Below, piece by piece: positions 29,892 to 38,141 of a DNA stretch of 64,000 bases (position 1 is the first letter of the stretch; every line of letters starts with the position of its first letter). The translations under genes were made by a program, and so were the position numbers. Origin of the DNA: Abditibacterium sp. (GTDB lineage: Bacteria > Armatimonadota > Abditibacteriia > Abditibacteriales > Abditibacteriaceae); contig CBDASK010000003.1 in the NCBI GenBank assembly GCA_965199495.1, positions 32,001-96,000 of the forward strand. The letters are read 5' to 3'. The notes under the pieces are model-generated. The model was not told where the DNA came from, searched no databases, and was given only the letters and a program-made list of their open reading frames with translations.

Positions 29892-30446
29892 ATGAAAACC
29901 ACAATTTCCCTTGTCTGCGCCCTCGTTACTTGCATCGGCACCGGCGCTTTTGCGCAAAACACGACCAAACCCGCGCCCGCCGCGCAAATTTTGGCCTCGG
30001 CGCAAAAACGAGCGGCCAAAGAAAAAAAAGCCGTTTTCGTCGTTTTTCATGCTTCGTGGTGCGGTTGGTGTCACCGGCTCGAAGATTCGATGAACAAACC
30101 GCCGTTCAAAAAATTGTTCGCCGATAATTATGTCATCGTTTCGCTCGATGTCAGGGAACACGGCGACAAGAAAGTTTTGGAAAACCCCGGCGCCGACAAA
30201 GTAATGGCCGATTTGGGCGGCACCGATGCTGGCTTGCCGTTTTATGCGTTCACCGACGCGCGCGGCACGCGTCTGGCGAGCAGTCTGGCGCTGCCTGCGT
30301 CGGGTGGAAAAATGGCGAATATCGGCTATCCAACGACGCCCGCAGAAATCGCGGCTTTCGACAGTCTGTTGCGCAAAACCGCGCCGAAAATGAACGCCAA
30401 AGCGCGCCAATCTTATCTCGATTATTTGAAATCCCCCGCAAAGTAG
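29892..30446 (+). CDS. Exported thioredoxin-family protein
   Basis: Signal peptide, FHASWCGWC, GLPF cis-Pro loop. Confidence 0.85.
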   Translation: MKTTISLVCALVTCIGTGAFAQNTTKPAPAAQILASAQKRAAKEKKAVFVVFHASWCGWCHRLEDSMNKPPFKKLFADNYVIVSLDVREHGDKKVLENPGADKVMADLGGTDAGLPFYAFTDARGTRLASSLALPASGGKMANIGYPTTPAEIAAFDSLLRKTAPKMNAKARQSYLDYLKSPAK

Positions 30447-30481
30447 CCCCGCTCGCCCCTATTCGCGTTGGCCGTTTGGAG

Positions 30482-30638
30482 ACTTAGAAGCTATCCCAAC
30501 AGGGAAAGAAACTTGAAAGAGGCGGGGCTGACGCACCTTTCCAATCTGGCGTAAGTCCGAGGAAATTCCGCCGATTGGAAGGGTGCGTCAGCCCCGCCTC
30601 TTTCAAGTTTCTTTCCCTGTTGGGATAAGCACTTAGAA
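30482..30638. mobile_element. MITE-like palindromic element flanked by 8-bp direct repeats
   Basis: 55-bp arms 30492-30546 / 30573-30627 (one mismatch); ACTTAGAA at 30482-30489 and 30631-30638; core GGGGCTGACGC also occurs at 48032-48323. Confidence 0.65.
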
Positions 30639-30866
30639 TGAATTCGATAATTTCTCATCAAGCGTTTCAATCGAGCGCACTTTCTTTGATGCGATCAGAA
30701 AATTGGCGGGAATTTGTCCGCGACAATTAGCCATTGACCGCCGAGTTGTCGCCAGTCCAAACGACGTTGTGCCACGTAACCGGGCGCCCGACTGGTCAGG
30801 GCCAAAGGCCGCGTAGAGTTTGTTGGGCGGCGCAGCGTTAGCGTTCTATTTCTCAATTATACCCAC

Positions 30867-33800
30867 ATGAATCCACAAATTCCCATCGAAGCGCGCCAGA
30901 CCGTTTTAGATTTCATTACGGCAGGCACGTCGTTTACCGCCTACGAAGTCACGCTCGAAGTGCGGCGCCGCCTCGGAACTTCGATTGACGTGCCGCACGG
31001 CGTCGTCAATACCATCGTGCAAAATATGTTTGCGCGCGGCGATCTTATGGGCTACGACCGGCGACCCGACCAGACCGTGCAATCCGCCACGCCGCCGTTT
31101 CGTTATTATCAGCGCGGCGGCGCCGTGGCTGCTCCGTTCGTGACGCCGACTGCTCCCGCGATTTCGCGTTCGGGTTTGCCGCCCGCGCTGCGGTTTTCCG
31201 TGCCATTGAGCGCGATGATGCGCAACTTGGGCGTCGCCGCGCGCGATTTTCAGCGCGCGCACGGCAAGGCCAGCGAACCTTTTGCGGTCTGGTTGCCCAC
31301 GCTCAAAGAGCCGACGTTTCGCTTGCGTTGCTATGGCGCGGGCTGGGACGAAAGCGAGGTCGAACGGCGTTTTGCGCTCAATTTAAATAATCCCGGCGCC
31401 GCAGAGATGATCTGGCTTTCGCCGCTCGCTTATGCCGACGAATTTCGACTTTATTCCAACTTGAGCGGCACGCAAACCCAGTTCTTGATCAAAATGGACG
31501 CGGCGTTGCAAACGACCATAGCCAAAGAAGCCGAGCGGAAAACGGGCGAGCCGGACGGATTGGAAATCGAAGTCGCGATTCGCAATCGCGACCTTGATTC
31601 CGGCGAACGCGCGCAGAAAATTTATCGTTATCTGAGCGTGCCGCCGCGCATCTATCGTAATGGAGTGGCTTTGACGATTGTGCCGTCGAAAGTGATTTCG
31701 CAGGGCGACGGTTGGAAACTGACCGATAACAAAGAACTACTGGCAATCGTTGATGAGGTCGCCTATTCGCTGTTGGGACTGGAAGCGGTTGCGGGATTGG
31801 GGGTCAAGTTATATCTGGAAAACGTGGATGTCGAGCCGTCGCTGGAGAAGTTGGAGCAAACCGACCGCACGCGCGACGAGCGCAAGCGCGTCATCGAAAA
31901 TTTCAAACGCGAAATCGCCGCGCCGATTAATCAACAATTTGCGGGCGCGGCGAATTTGTGGGAAGCCAAAATTTTGTGGCGCGAGATTTTCGGCGCCGCC
32001 AGCCCCAACGCGATGCAGAAAGTGTTGGGCAACGCCGTTTCGTGGCGCGGCATCGCCGTCGAAAGCGCCGATTTCCAATGGCACAACGCGCCCGCAGACG
32101 TAAAAATCCGAGGCTATCGTCCGTCTTCAAAGCCGACAAAAACAGTGGATTCGTGGGTTGCTTATGTGCTTCCGGCCCATTCCGAAACTCTGGTTTTCAT
32201 CAACGATCTGGGCTGGGACAAAAGCGCGACCTCGCGCATTGCCGAACTTCAACGTACGTCGCCGTTCACCACCGCGTTCGTTCTGAATTTCGCGGACGAC
32301 GCCGCGCGCGCCACGTTTTTCCGCGAACAAAATTTCGAGACCGTTCCGACGCGTTTGATTTCCGAACTGCCCAAACCGGCGCGCGCCATCGGCACGCCGC
32401 ACGTCAGCAACCGCACAGCGTTCGATGCGCAATTGCATCAAATCCAGGCGCCATCGGGCGGTGTGGCGGCGTCGTTCGCTGCGGGCGATGACGGTTCGGA
32501 TGCCGACTTTGAGAATCTGAAAATTTGGGCGCGCGCCGCGCCGCTCGACGCGAAAAATTGGCCCGATTTCAAGCGATTGTATAAAGCCATCGAAGCGCGG
32601 TTGTGGCCGCCGATGGGCCGTTTTCGTTGGGACGCAACCGAAGCCGATTTCGCCGCGACGCCGATTCCGAGTGAGCGAGATTTGGAATTGTTGGGCGTTT
32701 TGATGGGCCGCTTGGACGAACACAACGCGCAACGCGGCGCGGGCCAACCCGTCGCGCCGCAACCGACGATTGCGCAATGGGCTTTGAGTGCCGTTAGCAA
32801 TTTAGTCGGTCGCCCCAATGCAGCCACGGCGAGCGGGCCAAGCGCCAACACGCTTGCTTATATGAAGCGGCGCGCGACGAAATTATTGACATTTTTGCGC
32901 GGTAACCAAGATTTGTCCGAGCGACGCCGCCATGCGCTCGCGCCTTTGGTTTGTGGCCTATTGCAACGCGATAAATGTCTGGATATTTCGGAGACTTTGG
33001 TGGGGCGTTTGAAGTTGGGCGAAACCGAGGTTTTGGCCGCTCATCCCGCAGCGATTGCGCGCGTGTGGGCGAATATAACGGTGCCATTGACCATCGCGCG
33101 TTGGTCTTACGATTGGCTGGAAGAACACCAACAAATTATCGAGGTTTCGCCAGTGCAGTTGCGACGCTTTGTCGAGTTGCCCGATGTGAATTGGACGCTG
33201 AAACTCGCGCCCGCCGCGTTGCAAAAAGATCAGATTTGGCCGCGCGATTTTGGTTTGCGAGATTTTTCGCGCGTCTTGCAGGGCAACGCGCAAAATATGA
33301 CGAACGGCGTTTGGGTCAACACGCAATTTTTGCAGCGACGCGACGAAATCGTGAATTTATTCGCGCGTTTCCCGCAACTCGAACTTGACAAACGTTGGTT
33401 GCGCGATTCGATTTCGCAGGTCAGTGACGAAATCACGCTCGATTGGCTGGCGCCGTGGCTGAACGAGTGGGCGCGCGACGGCGAGTTTTCGCTGATCGAA
33501 AAAATGTCGCCCGACCTGCAAAATCGCTTCAACACGGCAATTGTCGCGGTTTTTTCGCAGGGATTATCGCTGGAAAAATGGCGAGAACTCACGAACGCGC
33601 CGGAATTGTTGCCATTGCTGGCGCCCGCGCTCCAACAAATGTCGATTTCGAGTAAAATCGCCGATTATATTTGGTCGTTGCCCGCCGACAAACGCGATCC
33701 GATTTTGAGAGCATTGGAAGAGAATCCGGCGTTGTTACCGATCATCGAAGACCACGCGCGCCGTTTGGATTGGGCGTTCATCGCGCCACTTTCAGCAGTG

Positions 33801-34736
33801 CAATGGGAATGTTTCGCGCGGACAGTGTCCGCGACTTTTCCCGACGGAATTAGCGCCGACGATTGGGCGCAAATCGCCGAATTACCGTTTGAAGCGGGCC
33901 ACAAATTTTTGCCATTGGGCACCGGATTCTGGCAGTTTGTTTTGCCGCTTGAAAGCGAAAATCGCGCGCGGTGGATCGCGCGCGTCGGAGCAGAGCGCGC
34001 GAGTCGCGAGTTCGCCAGCCAAAGCGCGGCGATTTTCGAGGAATTGCTCGATTCGGATGAGACGGGTTTGGACGAATTGGGCGACGCGTGGCTCGATGCA
34101 CAGTTGTCGCAAATCGCGTTTGATAGCGAACTCATCATTAAATTGGCGCAAAGCAACGTTTCGGATTGGCAAGCGCGCGCGTTGTCGCATTTGCGTTCCG
34201 CCGAACTGCGCTTGCCGGTGGCTCTTCGTCTGATGGAAAGCGAACTGCCGATTTTGGAGCGTGTGGCCGCGCCGTTTTTCTCGGACGAAAACAAGAACTG
34301 GAGCGAGCGTGTTCTGGCGCTCGCCGATTCGCCGAAAATAGCGGCGCGCGCCCTCGCATTGCAATTGTTGGAAGAATTTCCCCGGCGTTGGACGCCCGAT
34401 TTGTTGCGCCAGTTGGCGCAGCACGATGACGCGGGCATTCAAGCGTTTGTCGCGGCGCAATTGAAAAATGCGCCCGCTAAAGTCGTCGAATCCAAGGCGA
34501 TTGAAACGTTCGATAGCGCGATAATTAACGCGCGCGGGCGAGGGCGACGGGCCAAAGAAAGCGTGAAAGCGCGCGCGGGTAAGTTTGACCGCGAAACGTT
34601 GCTCGAAGCCGCGCGCAACGGCGCGCCGCGCGACCGCGAATGGGCACTGCGACAATTGGTTCTGGCGTCATTGGCGGGCGAGAACGTCGAAGGATTAGAT
34701 GTCGCGGGCGCGTTTGCGAAGGCGGATTCGCGATAG
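30867..34736 (+). CDS. Large retron-associated protein: small N-terminal domain, degenerate rIIA-like GHKL domain, ARM/HEAT-like helical C-terminal half
   Basis: 1289 aa ORF; PFAVWLPTLKEPTFRLRCYGAG..SPLAYADEF..TGEPDGLEIEV resembles phage rIIA-type HATPase; NTLAYMKRRA and repeated L-x-x-L-x-[DE]-S helical units; upstream of SWIM and RT genes. Domain calls by eye. Confidence 0.72.
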   Translation: MNPQIPIEARQTVLDFITAGTSFTAYEVTLEVRRRLGTSIDVPHGVVNTIVQNMFARGDLMGYDRRPDQTVQSATPPFRYYQRGGAVAAPFVTPTAPAISRSGLPPALRFSVPLSAMMRNLGVAARDFQRAHGKASEPFAVWLPTLKEPTFRLRCYGAGWDESEVERRFALNLNNPGAAEMIWLSPLAYADEFRLYSNLSGTQTQFLIKMDAALQTTIAKEAERKTGEPDGLEIEVAIRNRDLDSGERAQKIYRYLSVPPRIYRNGVALTIVPSKVISQGDGWKLTDNKELLAIVDEVAYSLLGLEAVAGLGVKLYLENVDVEPSLEKLEQTDRTRDERKRVIENFKREIAAPINQQFAGAANLWEAKILWREIFGAASPNAMQKVLGNAVSWRGIAVESADFQWHNAPADVKIRGYRPSSKPTKTVDSWVAYVLPAHSETLVFINDLGWDKSATSRIAELQRTSPFTTAFVLNFADDAARATFFREQNFETVPTRLISELPKPARAIGTPHVSNRTAFDAQLHQIQAPSGGVAASFAAGDDGSDADFENLKIWARAAPLDAKNWPDFKRLYKAIEARLWPPMGRFRWDATEADFAATPIPSERDLELLGVLMGRLDEHNAQRGAGQPVAPQPTIAQWALSAVSNLVGRPNAATASGPSANTLAYMKRRATKLLTFLRGNQDLSERRRHALAPLVCGLLQRDKCLDISETLVGRLKLGETEVLAAHPAAIARVWANITVPLTIARWSYDWLEEHQQIIEVSPVQLRRFVELPDVNWTLKLAPAALQKDQIWPRDFGLRDFSRVLQGNAQNMTNGVWVNTQFLQRRDEIVNLFARFPQLELDKRWLRDSISQVSDEITLDWLAPWLNEWARDGEFSLIEKMSPDLQNRFNTAIVAVFSQGLSLEKWRELTNAPELLPLLAPALQQMSISSKIADYIWSLPADKRDPILRALEENPALLPIIEDHARRLDWAFIAPLSAVQWECFARTVSATFPDGISADDWAQIAELPFEAGHKFLPLGTGFWQFVLPLESENRARWIARVGAERASREFASQSAAIFEELLDSDETGLDELGDAWLDAQLSQIAFDSELIIKLAQSNVSDWQARALSHLRSAELRLPVALRLMESELPILERVAAPFFSDENKNWSERVLALADSPKIAARALALQLLEEFPRRWTPDLLRQLAQHDDAGIQAFVAAQLKNAPAKVVESKAIETFDSAIINARGRGRRAKESVKARAGKFDRETLLEAARNGAPRDREWALRQLVLASLAGENVEGLDVAGAFAKADSR

Positions 34737-34973
34737 GTTTCGGAACTGGCATTGAACCATGAAGCGCCTCTGACTCACACCCCCTCTGACTTCGTCATCT
34801 CCCCCTCCGAGAGGGGAAGAATGCCTCATTAGGGTGAAGAGCTTACCTGGTAAATACGAAGCGGCGAAAGTTAATTCGGCATTCTTCCCCTCTCGGAGGG
34901 GGAGATGACGAAGTCAGAGGGGGTGTGAGTCAGAGGCGCTTCATGGTTCAATGCCAGTTCCGAAACCTATCGC
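34730..34973. repeat. Palindromic element with 96-bp perfect arms
   Basis: 34730-34825 is the reverse complement of 34878-34973; REP-like core CCCCCTCTGACTTCGTCATCTCCCCCTCC. Confidence 0.9.
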
Positions 34974-34987
34974 CAGGAAAATTTATC

Positions 34988-36703
34988 ATGGAAATCACAC
35001 AATCTTACGCCACGCCTTCGACCGCGCAGCCACGCGGCGACGGTCTGGGTTTTTCGCTTTCGACCGAGGCCGCGCGGCCCGGCGTGCATCTCGAAGCTCT
35101 GGTCAAAAAATCGCGTTCCTACGGGCGCGTGATGCTCGCTTTACACCGCGTCGTTGCGGGCGACGCGCGTTTTCAAGAAGCCGATCATTCGGCCTATCAA
35201 GCGTGGGTGCGCGGCCAATATCTGCTCGAATTGGCGCAAGACCAGAAGCAATTGCAACAGAAATTGCCCGCGTTACAGCAGGAATTGGACGAGATTAAAA
35301 CGCAATTGCAACCGCTCGACACGCGCTCAAACGAACTTTATCTGGAACTGCAAAAGTTGGGGCGCGAGGGCAGCAAATCGTTTTACGAGGCTCAGCGCAA
35401 CTACTGGCAATATCTCTATCGCGCCGATAAAGCGTTATGGTGGGTTTTGGATCCGGTGGTTTCGGTTCATCCCGACGCCACGCTTTTCGAGGTGTTTTCG
35501 CGCGACGAATCGAGTTACGGTTGCGTGCGCGTGCCGACCAAAAATCTCGATGTTGTGGGCGACGTGGCTTATGGCACGACGAACGTGGATTATTCGCAAG
35601 CGTTGGCCAACGAAATGGCGCGCGTGCGCGATTACAGACGCGCATGGTTGGGCGTTGGACAAACGGGCATCAGCGTGGCGACGACGGCGGGCGCGCGCGT
35701 TGAAAAGAAGATTGATTTGCCGCCTTCTTGGGTGCGCGGCTTTTTGCAAGTCCAAAGCGCGAGCGCGTTGGCGACGATAAATTTGTCATTGTCGGCCACC
35801 GTCGTCGCCGAAATTTTGCGAGTGTTGAATGCACGCCGCGAAGACAAAGGCCCGCGCTCGCTGAAATTCGATTTAAAACCGGGGCAGTTGCCGACAATCG
35901 AAATCGAACCGTGGGGCGAAATCGTGCGCGAAACGCAGTTTAAATATGCGGGAAAAACCGCGCAAACCGTGCGGATTTGGGGACGGCGGCGCTTATCGGT
36001 TTTGAGCGAAATGTTGCCGCACGCGCGCGAAGTCGAGGTGCGCTTGCTGGGCGACGGCTTGCCGTCGTTCTGGGCGTTGGAACTCGAAGGCCATCGTTTC
36101 GAGCTGGGTTTGTCGGGCTGGACGACCAACGATTGGAGCGCCGCCGCGCGTTTCGATGCGCTCGCTTCGAGCAGCCACGTCGGCGACGAACTGTTGAAGA
36201 CGGCGGCGCGCGAGTTAGAAAAGGCGCTGATTTTGACGCCGGTTCAACTCGCCGAAATCACCGATTCCAATCGCGCACAGGCGACGAGTGCATTGCAAAA
36301 GCTATGCAGTCAGGGCCGCGCGATGTGGGATTCGGTGATTAAATCGTATCGCTGGCGGCAACTGTTGCCGTTCGCGGCGCCCGAAACGCCGCTCGATACC
36401 AAAGCGAAATCGGCGGTGCGTTGGGTTGAAGGCGGCAAAGTGAAAGTCGCTAAAGTTGACGATAAAGAAATCGAAAAAGACGATTTCTTGAAGCGTTACA
36501 ACGCGCCCGATGTTCAGTTTTGGGCGGCGGAAGTGAACTCGGAAGGCGGCCAGTTTAATCCGTTGTGGGCCAGCGACGCCGATGGTCGCGTGAAATTTTG
36601 GCAATGCACCTGCGGCGAGTTTCGCCGCGACAAAGGGCGCGGCGGGCCGTGCGCGCATTTGCTGGCGGGCTTGGGACAGGTCGAAGCGGAGGGAAAACGA
36701 TGA
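34988..36703 (+). CDS. SWIM zinc-finger protein (retron type XIII-associated family)
   Basis: LDPVVSVHPD..FEVFSRDESSYG, LPPSWVRGFLQVQ, WGRRRL, LGLSGWTTNDW, YRWR; C-terminal CTC-x12-CAH; AGGA RBS before ATG 34988. Confidence 0.85.
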   Translation: MEITQSYATPSTAQPRGDGLGFSLSTEAARPGVHLEALVKKSRSYGRVMLALHRVVAGDARFQEADHSAYQAWVRGQYLLELAQDQKQLQQKLPALQQELDEIKTQLQPLDTRSNELYLELQKLGREGSKSFYEAQRNYWQYLYRADKALWWVLDPVVSVHPDATLFEVFSRDESSYGCVRVPTKNLDVVGDVAYGTTNVDYSQALANEMARVRDYRRAWLGVGQTGISVATTAGARVEKKIDLPPSWVRGFLQVQSASALATINLSLSATVVAEILRVLNARREDKGPRSLKFDLKPGQLPTIEIEPWGEIVRETQFKYAGKTAQTVRIWGRRRLSVLSEMLPHAREVEVRLLGDGLPSFWALELEGHRFELGLSGWTTNDWSAAARFDALASSSHVGDELLKTAARELEKALILTPVQLAEITDSNRAQATSALQKLCSQGRAMWDSVIKSYRWRQLLPFAAPETPLDTKAKSAVRWVEGGKVKVAKVDDKEIEKDDFLKRYNAPDVQFWAAEVNSEGGQFNPLWASDADGRVKFWQCTCGEFRRDKGRGGPCAHLLAGLGQVEAEGKR

Positions 36704-38133
36704 GCGATTGGCGCAAACAAATCAAAGAACTGGGCAAACGCGAGTTTCAGCGGCGCGAAATGGAACGGTTGGGTTTCTGGCCGCCGCCCGCGCAGGGTTC
36801 CGACCAAGCGCGCGATGTGCAAAGCCAATTGAGCGCGCTCAACGTCGAAATGCGCGCCGTGGCTGATCGTAGTCGGCCCCTGCGATTGCGCGAAAATCAA
36901 ATCGAAAAAGAATTGTCCGAAGCGGGCAATCTCGAAGCGCAACTCGCCGAAATTCGGCGGCGCCGCATCGAACGCGTTAAAGCCGCGCGATTGGAAAAAC
37001 GCGCGCGCCGCGAACGCGAAACCGTCGAAAAACGCGCGCGCGACCAGCAATGGCGCGCCGAGAATCTGCCGTTTTTAGGACGCGGCGTCTCCAAACGCCT
37101 GAACTTTGCCGAGCCGTCCGACGCCACGAAACTGGGCGAAATCGGATTGCCGGTTTTGAACAATCCCGCCGACGTGGCTGCTCTGTTGGAAATCACGATT
37201 CCGCAGTTGGCGTGGCTCTGCTATCATCGCGAGGCGGCGCCGATTGACCATTATTCGCGCTTCACGATTCCAAAACGCAACGGCGGATTGCGCGCGATTT
37301 CGGCGCCGCGACCGTATTTAAAAGCGGCGCAAACGCGCATTTTGCGCGCGATTTTGGAACTCGTGCCGCTTCACGAGGCGGCGATGGCGTTTCGGCCCGC
37401 GCGCAATATCGGCGATAATGCGATGATTCATTCGCACGCGCAAAGCGGCGGGCCAGCCGTTATTTTGCGCGTGGATTTGAAAGATTTCTTTCCGTCTATC
37501 ACTTTCAAACGCATCGCCGGAGTTTTCGCGCAATTGGGCTATAACGGCGGCGTTGCGACATTGCTCGCGCTGATTTGCACCGAACCGCCGCGCGTCGCGG
37601 CGACGCTCGACGGACAGACCAGCCACGTCGCGTTGGGCGCGCGCTTTGTGCCGCAGGGCGCGCCGACTTCGCCCGCCTTGACCAATATTTTGTGCCGCCG
37701 ATTAGATTCGCGATTGAGCGGTATGGCGCGCGCCTACAATTTTAATTACACGCGCTACGCCGACGATTTGGTGTTTTCTTCGACCAAAGGCGCCGATGCG
37801 ATTCATCTAAAAAATGGCGTGATGCAAATTTTGGAAGACGAAAATCTTGCCGTCAATCCCGATAAAATTGATTTCGCGCGGCGCGGCCAACGCCAGAGCG
37901 TGACAGGTTTAGTCGTCAACGGTGAGCGTGGCCCGCGCCCGTCGCGGCGCGATTTGCGGCGGTTTCGCGCCGTCATGCACGATATTGGGTGCAATGGCGC
38001 CGATGCGGTTTCCGAGAAAATGGGTCAGAGCGCGCTGTGTTGGGCGCGCGGTTATCTGGCGTTCGTGCAGGGGTGCGCGCCCGAAATCGCGAGCGGTTTG
38101 CGCGAAAAATACGCGAGTGTTTTGACGGTATAA
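36700..38133 (+). CDS. Retron-type reverse transcriptase, Mx162/Mx65-like, with basic N-terminal extension
   Basis: IPKRNGGLRAISAP, region X NAMIH (37417-37431), DLKDFFPSI, PQGAPTSPALTN, YTRYADDLVFS (YADD 37756-37767), region Y VTGLVVN (37900); ATGA overlap with SWIM gene; GGAGG RBS. Confidence 0.95.
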   Translation: MSDWRKQIKELGKREFQRREMERLGFWPPPAQGSDQARDVQSQLSALNVEMRAVADRSRPLRLRENQIEKELSEAGNLEAQLAEIRRRRIERVKAARLEKRARRERETVEKRARDQQWRAENLPFLGRGVSKRLNFAEPSDATKLGEIGLPVLNNPADVAALLEITIPQLAWLCYHREAAPIDHYSRFTIPKRNGGLRAISAPRPYLKAAQTRILRAILELVPLHEAAMAFRPARNIGDNAMIHSHAQSGGPAVILRVDLKDFFPSITFKRIAGVFAQLGYNGGVATLLALICTEPPRVAATLDGQTSHVALGARFVPQGAPTSPALTNILCRRLDSRLSGMARAYNFNYTRYADDLVFSSTKGADAIHLKNGVMQILEDENLAVNPDKIDFARRGQRQSVTGLVVNGERGPRPSRRDLRRFRAVMHDIGCNGADAVSEKMGQSALCWARGYLAFVQGCAPEIASGLREKYASVLTV

Positions 38134-38141
38134 TCTTTTCT

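Noticed and set aside
30735..30800. ZTP (pfl) riboswitch-like GACTGGCG on the minus strand
   Set aside because: Wrong orientation for the downstream gene, no purine/folate gene nearby and the 3' element was not found.
36700..38133. RT as group II intron, DGR or CRISPR-associated RT
   Set aside because: It has retron NAxxH and VTG motifs; I saw no maturase/endonuclease tail, intron domain V, TR/VR pair with adenine-specific mismatches, or cas genes.
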